Shown: positions 28,183 through 36,524 of the stretch, piece by piece
How positions within the stretch are numbered: the stretch's first letter is position 1
Layout: each line of letters opens with the position of its first letter
From: Candidatus Nealsonbacteria bacterium
Lineage (GTDB): Bacteria > Patescibacteriota > Minisyncoccia > Minisyncoccales > JAGMDC01
DNA length: 37,591 bases
NCBI GenBank assembly: GCA_030643485.1
Contig: DAOWLG010000001.1
Location: forward strand, 1 to 37,591
Direction of reading: 5' to 3'
Position numbers and translations under genes: made by a program
The notes under the pieces: generated by a model
Told to the model about the DNA's origin: nothing
What the model saw: only the letters and a program-made list of their open reading frames with translations
Database searches by the model: none

Positions 28183-28416
28183 TTATTTTTTAAAAATAGT
28201 TATTTTGTCCATCATTTTATTCCATTCGTACATTTTCTGTACCTGATTTACAAATTTATTCAAAATTTGCCATTCGACAGAAAAATGACAAAGTTTTAAA
28301 CTTTCAATAATTTTCTGTCTTAAAAGTTCCGGTGGTAATTGTTGGCTTCCTTTTCTTATTATTTCAAATTGTGAGATAATTTTTTCCTTTTCTTTTTTAT
28401 TCATATTAAATTTCAA
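28183..28416 (-). CDS. Hypothetical protein
   Basis: ATG ORF packed in the operon. Confidence 0.6.
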   Translation of the reverse strand: MKFNMNKKEKEKIISQFEIIRKGSQQLPPELLRQKIIESLKLCHFSVEWQILNKFVNQVQKMYEWNKMMDKITIFKK

Positions 28417-28816
28417 ATAATTTAGGTTGATATGGGGAATTTTTTAGTTTAGTTCCATTGATAAAAATTTGAAAAAATTGCCCACCTTGAATATATTTGG
28501 GGCCTTCTTTGGTGAGCAATTTGGTTTCAAATCCCTTTTGAGATGAAGAGGCTGTATTGTACAATTCATATACCAATTTCGCTAATTTTTCTTGAACTAA
28601 TATTTTTTCTTCCCGAAGTTTTTTAACATTTTCGTTATTTTTTACTTTTTCAAACAATTCATCTTCTAGTCTCTTTATTTCAAAATTTAACTCTTTTTTT
28701 GAATTTCTTAATTCATCTAATTTAGCTGAAATTGGTAATTGAAATTTAATTGCAACTTTTATCGATTTGAGTTTTGCTTGTATTTTACAAATTTCTTCTA
28801 ATTTTGGTTCAAACAT
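28406..28816 (-). CDS. Coiled-coil hypothetical protein
   Basis: ATG ORF overlapping its neighbours. Confidence 0.7.
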   Translation of the reverse strand: MFEPKLEEICKIQAKLKSIKVAIKFQLPISAKLDELRNSKKELNFEIKRLEDELFEKVKNNENVKKLREEKILVQEKLAKLVYELYNTASSSQKGFETKLLTKEGPKYIQGGQFFQIFINGTKLKNSPYQPKLFEI

Positions 28817-29102
28817 AATGTTTTTGAGGATAAAATTTTAAAATATTTCCGTCAGGATCGGGGATGCTAATTTGGAGTTTAAGGTATGCCCATATATAAA
28901 TTTGAATAAGATATTGTTGAAAATCTAAAGTAGATAATTCTGTTGAGCTTTTTACATTCAAAAATTTTCGTTTTAAAAGTTTGTGAACTTCTTTTTTAGT
29001 CCATAATTGCGGACAAAGTAGGGGAATCACGACACTCCAATAATACTTGTTTTGTTGTAAACTTCTTTGTTTTTCGATTAACATTTTGTTACATTTGTTC
29101 AA
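28809..29102 (-). CDS. NinB-like recombination accessory protein
   Basis: RSLQQNKYYW...VHKLLKRKFL...SSTELSTLDF. Confidence 0.7.
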   Translation of the reverse strand: MNKCNKMLIEKQRSLQQNKYYWSVVIPLLCPQLWTKKEVHKLLKRKFLNVKSSTELSTLDFQQYLIQIYIWAYLKLQISIPDPDGNILKFYPQKHYV

Positions 29103-29346
29103 TAATATTGAGAATGTCGTTTATTATATTTATATCTCCATTTGCTGAAGATTCTTTTATTTTGTTAATTAGGTGTTCTTTTTGATAGGGAAGAAAGGTA
29201 GGAGCTAACCAACGCCAAAAACTTTCTTTACATTCTGGACAAAAGATAAGACTTCTTTTGTTATTTGCTGAATCAAAAATAATTCTTACAAAAATTTTAG
29301 TTTTTTTGTTACATCTATCACAAGTTTTTAATGGTAAGTTATTCAT
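29089..29346 (-). CDS. Zinc-finger hypothetical protein
   Basis: CDRC...FCPEC. Confidence 0.65.
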   Translation of the reverse strand: MNNLPLKTCDRCNKKTKIFVRIIFDSANNKRSLIFCPECKESFWRWLAPTFLPYQKEHLINKIKESSANGDINIINDILNIIEQM

Positions 29347-29473
29347 ACGATTTTATGAGACTTTTTATGATTCTTATTTTGTTTTTGTTCGTGGTTAATT
29401 CTTTTTTTAAATCCTCTATTTCATTTTTGAATATATTGAGTTGATTATAATCTTCATGAGGTTGAAATATCAT
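29339..29473 (-). CDS. 44-aa hypothetical (not in ORF track)
   Basis: MIFQPHEDYNQ...KSYE*; overlaps the next start. Confidence 0.45.
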   Translation of the reverse strand: MIFQPHEDYNQLNIFKNEIEDLKKELTTNKNKIRIIKSLIKSYE

Positions 29474-29497
29474 TTTTTATCTTTTAAGGAATAATAT

Positions 29498-29668
29498 TTA
29501 AAGTTTTAACGCCTTTTTTATATCAAATATTGCTTTATTGTAAGCAGTAATTTCGAGAAAAGCTATTTTTTTATCTTTTAGCGATAATTTGTAAAATCGC
29601 TTATCCAATTTTAAGCAAAATGAGTCTAAAAATTTGCAAAGCAATTCTATTCTAAATTCTTTTACCAT
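29498..29668 (-). CDS. 56-aa hypothetical (not in ORF track)
   Basis: MVKEFRIELLC...ALKL*; starts 4 bp after the exonuclease stop. Confidence 0.5.
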   Translation of the reverse strand: MVKEFRIELLCKFLDSFCLKLDKRFYKLSLKDKKIAFLEITAYNKAIFDIKKALKL

Positions 29669-29672
29669 AAAA

Positions 29673-30611
29673 TTAAATTAGTATATATTCTTTTTGTTTC
29701 GCGTAGTCACATACTCCATACGCCGGACATTTCAAGCATTTTTCTCTATTGTCGGAAGACGAATAAATACCTAATTCTATGGTACTCATCATGTTTTCCA
29801 GCGTATTTAGAATATTTTGTCTATTATCCAACAAACTCATTTTATCCGCCATATAAAAACTTGATCTAGCTGGGTCTTCTTTGGTAACAACTTGCAATCT
29901 TCCACCACACAGAATGTCAAATTTAATTTCTACCAAAAATTGATAGAATGAGAGCTGATTTTTGTATTTTTCTAAGGCTGTGTAGCCATCAATCCATTTT
30001 CGATCAAGACCCTCAATACTAGCCGCGGTTTTTATGTCGCTGATAAGTTGGCGATCAGGATAAAATTCATCCATAGTGCCCTTTAATTTATGACCTTTAT
30101 AATTAATTTCTACCGATATTTGGGTCTGTTTTGAATCAAAATCAAACAACGGCTGTCTGTGAAATTCATTCAGACAGTTCACCAGTTTGTCTGCTTGTGT
30201 TTCGGTTAGCTGTTCTTTTCCGGTGTTTTTTTGATACATAATTTTTTCTTCTTTTAATTTTTGTAATTTTAAATTTCTGGTTTCGATTTTTTTAATATCA
30301 CCTTTTTTTGATTTTTTGATTTTTTCAATTTCTCTGATCTCTTGCTCTATTTCGCTCATTGTAGAACCAATTTTTTTAATCTTCTTTTTGGGATCAAACC
30401 GGATTTTGACCACATTGTATTTTTCGTTCATGATTTTTTCGTCGTCTTGTATGAATTGATCAAAAGCAGACCCAAAAATCAAGGCATCGCTTCTGGATTC
30501 TGGTACGATTTTTTGATTATATTTTAAATCGAACAAAGTTGGACAAAATTTGAATGAATTCATTTTAGAGTTTGTGATAAACCCTTCATTTATTTTTAAA
30601 TAATTATTCAT
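29673..30611 (-). CDS. PD-(D/E)XK exonuclease (RecE/Cas4-like)
   Basis: ALIFGSAFD, LKGTMD, ISDIKT, QLSFY and C-terminal CLKCPAYGVC. Confidence 0.8.
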   Translation of the reverse strand: MNNYLKINEGFITNSKMNSFKFCPTLFDLKYNQKIVPESRSDALIFGSAFDQFIQDDEKIMNEKYNVVKIRFDPKKKIKKIGSTMSEIEQEIREIEKIKKSKKGDIKKIETRNLKLQKLKEEKIMYQKNTGKEQLTETQADKLVNCLNEFHRQPLFDFDSKQTQISVEINYKGHKLKGTMDEFYPDRQLISDIKTAASIEGLDRKWIDGYTALEKYKNQLSFYQFLVEIKFDILCGGRLQVVTKEDPARSSFYMADKMSLLDNRQNILNTLENMMSTIELGIYSSSDNREKCLKCPAYGVCDYAKQKEYILI

Positions 30612-30622
30612 TATTTAGAAGA

Positions 30623-31687
30623 TTAAACATTAGAAATTTCTGGATGTTTTTTAATTGTTTCAGCGATTTCTTGCTGATCTAAAACGTTAAACTGACTTTC
30701 AAAAGCTTTTCCAATTTCTCTTTTTTCTTCTTCATTCCATTTGGTTTGTTTTTCAAAATTTTGAATAGCTGACGCCAAAAGTTTTAAATCAGGAATTTCT
30801 TTAATAACTGTTATAATTTGAGCTTTTGTTGTGATTTCTGTTTTTATTTGTTTCTCCTTTCCTTCTTCTTTTTTTGTAGTTTTTTGTGGTTCTTTTATTT
30901 GATTATTTTCTTTAAATTTTACAATTTTATTTTTAATTATTTCAGAAATTTCTTTTTTTTCAGTTTCTGAAAATTGGTTAAAAATTGGTGGCAATTCTCT
31001 CTTTATTTCTTCAATTTGGTTTAAATTTTCAGCTTTTTTAGCTTTTTCTAAATAATAGTTTGACGCTGATCGAAGGGTTTTTTCGCCCGTTTGTGATTCT
31101 ATTTGAGTTGTATTCATTACTTCGTGATCTTCCGCGTGAGCAATCCCCACAGGAAAAGCAACCTTGAGACACCGTCTAGTGGCTCTTCCTTCAGCCATTT
31201 GTTCAGCGAGAAGATTGGTTACAAATTTTCGTGATATGGATGAGGGGTCGGCTGTAGCTTCGCGCGAGAATACAACCTCTCTGTTGTTGATCAGTCTTGT
31301 TATAGTACATTTATAACGATAGTATTTCTTTCCAAGATCTTTTTCGATAAGTTCGGTCAAATTTGAACACAATTCTCCGCTAATTTGAGCGTTAAAAAGA
31401 TGTCCATCCAAAGTGATATAGTTCTGGCCTTCCAGGACTTGAAGGTGATTTAACATCGAATTCAAACCTAATGTTTTGCAAGATACAACATAGGAAAACG
31501 CTTCATAAATAGTTAATGGTCTTTCGCCTTTTCCTTTTTCTACGGTTTTTTTGACATTCAAGACGACAAATACATCTCTGATAATTTCTTTTTTCTCTTT
31601 TTCCTCGTAGGTAGAAGCTAATTGATACAAAATTTCTTTGTTACGATCTTGTGTCGTTTGTTTAGCTTTTTCGTAGTTGTCTGGCAT
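30623..31687 (-). CDS. RecT/Bet-like single-strand annealing protein (likely start MPDNY)
   Basis: CKTLGLN, YITLDG and QMAEGRATRRCLKVAFP; adjacent to the exonuclease. Confidence 0.7.
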   Translation of the reverse strand: MPDNYEKAKQTTQDRNKEILYQLASTYEEKEKKEIIRDVFVVLNVKKTVEKGKGERPLTIYEAFSYVVSCKTLGLNSMLNHLQVLEGQNYITLDGHLFNAQISGELCSNLTELIEKDLGKKYYRYKCTITRLINNREVVFSREATADPSSISRKFVTNLLAEQMAEGRATRRCLKVAFPVGIAHAEDHEVMNTTQIESQTGEKTLRSASNYYLEKAKKAENLNQIEEIKRELPPIFNQFSETEKKEISEIIKNKIVKFKENNQIKEPQKTTKKEEGKEKQIKTEITTKAQIITVIKEIPDLKLLASAIQNFEKQTKWNEEEKREIGKAFESQFNVLDQQEIAETIKKHPEISNV

Positions 31688-31701
31688 GATTTTTAGGTTA
31701 A

Positions 31702-31875
31702 TCAAATAAGGATTAATTGGTGATCGTATTTTTCGTACGTTCTATTACAGTTAGGGCAAGTTAGATATTTTTGGGAAGTTTGGCGATGTTCTCCATTTTC
31801 GTTTGAAAAATCTAAAATGTGGTCTTCCTCCAATAGTTCGAAGTCACAATTCGGACAGTACATAATCAAGAACAT
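31702..31875 (-). CDS. 57-aa zinc-ribbon protein (not in ORF track)
   Basis: MYCPNCD...LTCPNCN. Confidence 0.65.
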   Translation of the reverse strand: MFLIMYCPNCDFELLEEDHILDFSNENGEHRQTSQKYLTCPNCNRTYEKYDHQLILI

Positions 31876-31914
31876 AAAAAATTAAAATAAATAATGGTAA
31901 AATTGTGAGTTCAT

Positions 31915-32400
31915 TTATAATATACATTTTTTTGTTTTGGTTAAGGTTAAAAATTGTTGCAATTTTGCATAAAGTTCAATATTTTTTTCAGTTTTATTGG
32001 TAAAATTTTGGAAAATAATAGCAACAAAATTCTTAAATTCTGCTCTTGTTTTTTCGTTTAAACATCTTTTTTTCCAATAGTATTTTTTTGACGCTTTTCT
32101 TTGAATTTTTCTGACTTTTTCAGTTTTGTTATAAAATTTTCTCCATATTTTTCCATTTCCTCTTTGCCAATTTTGTTTATCTAGTTTTCTTCTTATTTTT
32201 CTTTCTTCTTGGTATTTTTGTGTCTTTTTATGATGTTTTGATATACTTAATTTTTGTTTTCCTTTCAGTATTCTAGAGATTGAACTTTCAGTAATATCAA
32301 ACAGTTTTGCTATTTCAACGTTTTTGAGTTTTTGCGCTTTATAATGTCTCAAAACTTCTATAGTTATATAGTTGATTTTTTTGGTTGTTTCTTTTATCAT
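31915..32400 (-). CDS. HTH DNA-binding protein with basic tail
   Basis: LKNVEIAKLFDITESSISRILKG. Confidence 0.75.
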   Translation of the reverse strand: MIKETTKKINYITIEVLRHYKAQKLKNVEIAKLFDITESSISRILKGKQKLSISKHHKKTQKYQEERKIRRKLDKQNWQRGNGKIWRKFYNKTEKVRKIQRKASKKYYWKKRCLNEKTRAEFKNFVAIIFQNFTNKTEKNIELYAKLQQFLTLTKTKKCIL

Positions 32401-32440
32401 GAAAATAGGTTAAAGAATTAAATTTACTACGTTAAGGGGG

Positions 32441-32794
32441 CTATTTTATAGTCCTTTTTCCGTTTTTTGTATAATTATAAAATCCAATTATTCCGATTTC
32501 AGTAGTCAATGGTCGTATATCTATTTTTCGCTTACCTTTGCTGTTAGAATCAAAAATATAATGCGTATTGTCAACAATTTTGACAATTCCCACGTGGCCG
32601 TATATAGATTTAGTTTGATTGTATATTGCTATACAGCCGTGGCAAGCTTTATAAGTATTGATTAATTTTTTTTTGGATTCAAAACTGTCTTTGATTGGCC
32701 TTGTTTCAAGACCTTTTTTTTTAAGAAAATTGTTGACAAATGTTCCGCAATGCCCACCATAATTTCCTTTTTTAATCAGAAATTCAGTTTTTTT
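32441..32794 (-). CDS. CHAP-like domain ORF without ATG, in the -1 frame of 32776-33090
   Basis: Hand translation: KKTEFLIKKGNYGGHCGTFVNNF...YGHVGIVKIVDNTHYIFDSNSKG...IIGFYNY...TIK*; aligns with the CHAP domain of 5698-7698. Confidence 0.8.
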   Translation of the reverse strand, partial: KKTEFLIKKGNYGGHCGTFVNNFLKKKGLETRPIKDSFESKKKLINTYKACHGCIAIYNQTKSIYGHVGIVKIVDNTHYIFDSNSKGKRKIDIRPLTTEIGIIGFYNYTKNGKRTIK

Positions 32795-33090
32795 TTAATC
32801 GGGCATTCCGCGTCCTGCCCCCATTTTTCTTTGGATTTTTTTTGGCAAGCTTTTCTTAAATTTTCATTTTCTTTTTCCGTTTTTTGTTGTTCGTTCTCTA
32901 GTTCAAGCCATTTCTTAGAATTATCTTGAATTTTTTGGATTATTTGGTCAACGGTTAATTTTGATTTTCCGCCTGTTAATGCTGGAAGTAAGAGCAGACC
33001 AAGCCCCATAATCACGGTTAGCATTACCGCTCCGCCAATTTGGAGAAATGAAAAATTGTCTGATGATGTTTTTTGTGTTTCTTCATTCAT
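32776..33090 (-). CDS. Membrane-anchored coiled-coil protein
   Basis: TM segment IGGAVMLTVIMGLGLLLLPAL, then coiled coil; ends just after an A9 run. Confidence 0.8.
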   Translation of the reverse strand: MNEETQKTSSDNFSFLQIGGAVMLTVIMGLGLLLLPALTGGKSKLTVDQIIQKIQDNSKKWLELENEQQKTEKENENLRKACQKKSKEKWGQDAECPIKKKLNF

Positions 33091-33123
33091 TTTTTGTTTT
33101 TGTGTTAATGTAAATAAAATTAT

Positions 33124-33330
33124 TTATTTTTGTGTTGTAAATTTGTTAAGTAATTTTAGTTGGAATTTTTTTATTCCAACTAATTCTTTGTTTTCGTATT
33201 GTAGATCCCAATAATCTCCAAATAATTCTGTCATTCTATTTCTAGTTTTTGGTGCATTCTCCCCACTGATAATCACATAAAATCCTGCACATCCGTGATC
33301 AAAACTGAATGTAAAAAAATAATCTTTCAT
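33124..33330 (-). CDS. Hypothetical protein
   Basis: YFFTFSFDH...RMTELFGDYWDLQY, a pattern typical of small early phage proteins. Confidence 0.7.
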   Translation of the reverse strand: MKDYFFTFSFDHGCAGFYVIISGENAPKTRNRMTELFGDYWDLQYENKELVGIKKFQLKLLNKFTTQK

Positions 33331-33355
33331 AGTTTAAAAAGTTAAAAATCATTTT

Positions 33356-33988
33356 TTATATTTGATATTTTTTGCAAAACGCTTGGATATAATCGGCTTT
33401 TTCTTGGTATTGTTTTGTCCCGATTTTTCTAGCTATTTTTTTAATTTTGGAAAATAAGTCCGCCTCATCTTGAATCCAATACCATTCCTTTTTCAACGCT
33501 TTCTTCGTAAATCCTAAAATCCGATAAGCTTCAAGTCTGATTATGCAATCTTCATCTCTTTTTGCTTCTTCGGTGAATCCTAAATTTCTAAAAGCTTCTA
33601 ATCTGATACTAGGGTCTTCATCTGTTTTAGATTTTTCATTAAATCCCAAATTCCTAAATGCTTCTAACCGAATCTTGTAAAGAACGTCTCTTTTTGCTTC
33701 TTCGGTGAATCCTAAAACTCGATAAGCTGCGAGTCTGATTTCCCAATTTTTATCTTTTTTTGCTTTTTTATCAAACTCTAAATTTCTAAATGCTTCTAAC
33801 CGAATTTTATAAAAAACATCGGATTTTGCTTTTTTCGTAAAGCCTAAAATTCTAAAAGCTTCTAATCGAACTTCATCGTTTTTATCAATTTTAGCTAATT
33901 TCGGAAAAAATTTTATTCCAGCCATTTTTTGAAAGCGGTCTAAAGAAAACCAAAATTTTTGTTTTTCGGTTGGGAATAATACGCACAT
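33356..33988 (-). CDS. 22-aa helical repeat protein B, about 6.5 repeats (paralog of 27407-28171)
   Basis: Same repeat unit; shared DEAxLF C-terminal cap. Confidence 0.85.
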   Translation of the reverse strand: MCVLFPTEKQKFWFSLDRFQKMAGIKFFPKLAKIDKNDEVRLEAFRILGFTKKAKSDVFYKIRLEAFRNLEFDKKAKKDKNWEIRLAAYRVLGFTEEAKRDVLYKIRLEAFRNLGFNEKSKTDEDPSIRLEAFRNLGFTEEAKRDEDCIIRLEAYRILGFTKKALKKEWYWIQDEADLFSKIKKIARKIGTKQYQEKADYIQAFCKKYQI

Positions 33989-34118
33989 AGATTGAAGTTT
34001 TAGATTTTAAAAAATAGAAATCCTGACTCACATCAGAAATGAGAGCCAGAGACCTTTATTTTTATTCTCCATTCGGAGAAATCATAGGTGGGATTGGGTT
34101 TTAAGGAAGACTAAAAAA

Positions 34119-34598
34119 TTATTGTGTAAATTCTGCAATACATCCATTATCGAAAATTGTCAAAGGTTTAACTTGGCTGGATTTCCGTCGTAACAAACAA
34201 TTACCTACAGATTGAAACAACTTATTAAATAAAATCCCTCTGTTTCTTTTTTTATTTGTACCCATTGGGCGAATTATGGAAGAATCAGCGAAAGTAAAAA
34301 ACATTTGATCTAAAACAAAATCCAAAATTTGATCAAAAGAAAGATGACACAACCTACATGATTTCCAGGCAACCCATTTGGCCAGAGGATAAACCTCCTC
34401 TTCTCCGATATAATCCCAAATAGGGAATACATCGCGATCTTGAATCCTTTTTTTTATTCCTATTGGTCGAGATTTCAAGATAATTCCTTTCCTTATTTTT
34501 CCTATGGTAGTTTTATGTAAATTTAATTTTTTAGCAATTTTTACATCGCTTAGTCCCTTATCTACGAGTGGCTGGATATCATTTATAGTTATATACAT
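34119..34598 (-). CDS. N-terminal HTH protein
   Basis: GLSDVKIAKKLNLHKTTIGKIR. Confidence 0.7.
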   Translation of the reverse strand: MYITINDIQPLVDKGLSDVKIAKKLNLHKTTIGKIRKGIILKSRPIGIKKRIQDRDVFPIWDYIGEEEVYPLAKWVAWKSCRLCHLSFDQILDFVLDQMFFTFADSSIIRPMGTNKKRNRGILFNKLFQSVGNCLLRRKSSQVKPLTIFDNGCIAEFTQ

Positions 34599-34783
34599 TT
34601 TTTTAAAATTATTAAAATTTGAGCAGTAAGGGGGGGGGCTATTGCTAGTCCCCCAGTTTCCCCGACCTTAAACAAAAGTAGAAAATCTCAAGGGTCTTTT
34701 TTCCGAGAGGGATAATTCCCTCTCTCCTTATCTTTTGGCCAAAAAAATAAGGTCGCTATCGTCAGAATTGGCGATAGATGAGC

Positions 34784-35035
34784 TTACTTTTTTTTAAATA
34801 ATTCTTCTTTTAGTAAATTCAAAACATAATAAAAACATTCTTCTTTTTTTGCTTTATTAGCTAAGTTTCTGACAAAAACAGACAAAACAAAAACAAGTCT
34901 AGATACAATTTGAGCATACTGATCATCCTTAGGTTTTTTACCTTCAAGAGAAGCTTTCTCTTTTGTGATTTTTAAAACCCAGGAAAGATTTTTATTGGAA
35001 TCCATTTTTTTGATATTCTTAATTTTTTCCTTCAT
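34784..35035 (-). CDS. Early hypothetical protein (likely start MKEKI)
   Basis: ATG at 35035 follows the U-rich leader. Confidence 0.6.
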   Translation of the reverse strand: MKEKIKNIKKMDSNKNLSWVLKITKEKASLEGKKPKDDQYAQIVSRLVFVLSVFVRNLANKAKKEECFYYVLNLLKEELFKKK

Positions 35036-35106
35036 AATTTTAAAGTTAAAAAATAAAGTCAACCATTTTTAATTATTAAAAACGGTTAGAGCTTACTTTT
35101 TTTCGT

Positions 35107-35478
35107 TCAATATGGAAATGGGATTATTTCAAATTCCAATAAAGTTTTTTCATCAATTTTGACTTTTTCCATTTTTGCTAATTTTAGCGCTTCGTTTCCA
35201 ATTTCTAAAATTTTTTCAATCGTTTTTGTAGTCATCTTTGGCAGATTTGGATCAAGTTGAAGCTCTTCCTTCGTTATTACAGTCTCTTGCCATTCGCCAG
35301 TTTGTACCTGTCGATTTTTTGTCAAAGAAATTAAAAAATTCTCCGTTTTAAGTTCGATCCAAAAAGCATGATAAATAATTTGTGGATCTTCACTTAGCTC
35401 TTTTTTAAGCCAGGCTAAGGTTCCATCGTTAAAATTCTCATCTTTCCAGCTTGTTATTTGCATACTTGTTGTTTTCAT
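35107..35478 (-). CDS. Early hypothetical protein
   Basis: ATG ORF between two conserved hairpins. Confidence 0.75.
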   Translation of the reverse strand: MKTTSMQITSWKDENFNDGTLAWLKKELSEDPQIIYHAFWIELKTENFLISLTKNRQVQTGEWQETVITKEELQLDPNLPKMTTKTIEKILEIGNEALKLAKMEKVKIDEKTLLEFEIIPFPY

Positions 35479-35535
35479 AAATTTAATGTTAAAAAAATAA
35501 AACAGGAAGGCTCAAGCCCTCCATGTCTTACTTTT

Positions 35536-36069
35536 TTAGTATTTTTCCAAAGGTAATTTGTTTTTCATTCGGTATCTCTCAATTTTATTCCAGTCTTTTT
35601 TCGTTATAATTCTGGCCGTTATAGTAAACCAATTTTTGGGGCCATATTTGATCCATTCGCCTTCTTCTTTAACTTGAATACCTAGTTTGCGTGCGGTCGC
35701 CTGATATTTCAGATTTCCTTTCAGGTCAAAATGGTTTGCTGCCCATTTTTTAGCTTCTTTTTTATCGAGTCTTTTAAATTTTTTTCTTTCTTTTATTTCG
35801 ATTTTAAGTTTTTTAATTTCCTTTTCTTCTTCTTCTTTATTTTCAAAAATATAAAAAGAAAGATTTTTGTTAGTTTTCACTCGTTTCAACCTTATTTGGT
35901 CTGGATTTTCGGGTATCGGATCGGGTATCGGATTGTGTTTGTAAAAAATGGTTAAATCCCATTCTTTGCCAATTTGGTATTTTTTTAAATTGGCATTTTG
36001 CACATAAAAGTTTTTTTTGAGTTTTTGAATTGTTTTCAAACTCAAAAGTGTTGTTTTTGGAATTTTCAT
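35536..36069 (-). CDS. Early hypothetical protein
   Basis: ATG ORF between two conserved hairpins. Confidence 0.75.
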   Translation of the reverse strand: MKIPKTTLLSLKTIQKLKKNFYVQNANLKKYQIGKEWDLTIFYKHNPIPDPIPENPDQIRLKRVKTNKNLSFYIFENKEEEEKEIKKLKIEIKERKKFKRLDKKEAKKWAANHFDLKGNLKYQATARKLGIQVKEEGEWIKYGPKNWFTITARIITKKDWNKIERYRMKNKLPLEKY

Positions 36070-36130
36070 GATATTGAAAATTAAAAAATAAAGTGAAGAG
36101 GGTCAAAATGATCCCCTTACATTCTATTTT

Positions 36131-36466
36131 TTAAGCAACTTGTTTTTCGGAGAACAAGTAAGCGATAGGAAAAAACTCAATATCCTTTTGGTCTTCTTCT
36201 TTTATTCCTTCTTTTTTTTCTTTAAATTTACGGGGTTTACCCCAGATTGCATTACCTTTTTCTCCTTTTTTTACTTGTTTTCCCTCTTTTTTCCAATTTA
36301 AAAAGGATTTTAAAATTTTAACCTTTAATTCCTTTTTATAAAAATCTATAATAATAGAATTGACGGTTTTTCCCATACAATTTGGATTGACCAACTTAGT
36401 TTTTTTCGCAAACATTGATAGTTTTTGAAGTTTCAGCCGAACAGCTGAATTTTTCGTGTTTTTCAT
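36131..36466 (-). CDS. ArdC N-terminal-like ssDNA-binding domain protein
   Basis: SFLNWKKEGKQVKKGEKGNAIWGKP...FPIAYLFSEKQV. Confidence 0.75.
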   Translation of the reverse strand: MKNTKNSAVRLKLQKLSMFAKKTKLVNPNCMGKTVNSIIIDFYKKELKVKILKSFLNWKKEGKQVKKGEKGNAIWGKPRKFKEKKEGIKEEDQKDIEFFPIAYLFSEKQVA

Positions 36467-36524
36467 GGCATTTTTTTAAAAAATAAAGCTCAAACCCTCG
36501 GAAAGGGCTTGTAGTCTTACTTAT

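Noticed and set aside
15769..32778. Alternative genetic code (TGA=Gly, code 25)
   Set aside because: Core genes are intact in code 11 and TGA stops form ATGA overlaps at 15772, 16089 and 26636; reading through the TGA at 32776 does not reach the CHAP frame.
27407..33988. Diversity-generating retroelement TR/VR pair
   Set aside because: No reverse transcriptase; both copies are coding and the differences are not restricted to adenines.
328..35955. All + strand ORFs in the track
   Set aside because: They lie antisense to well-supported minus-strand genes and are Phe/Ser/Ile-rich shadow frames.
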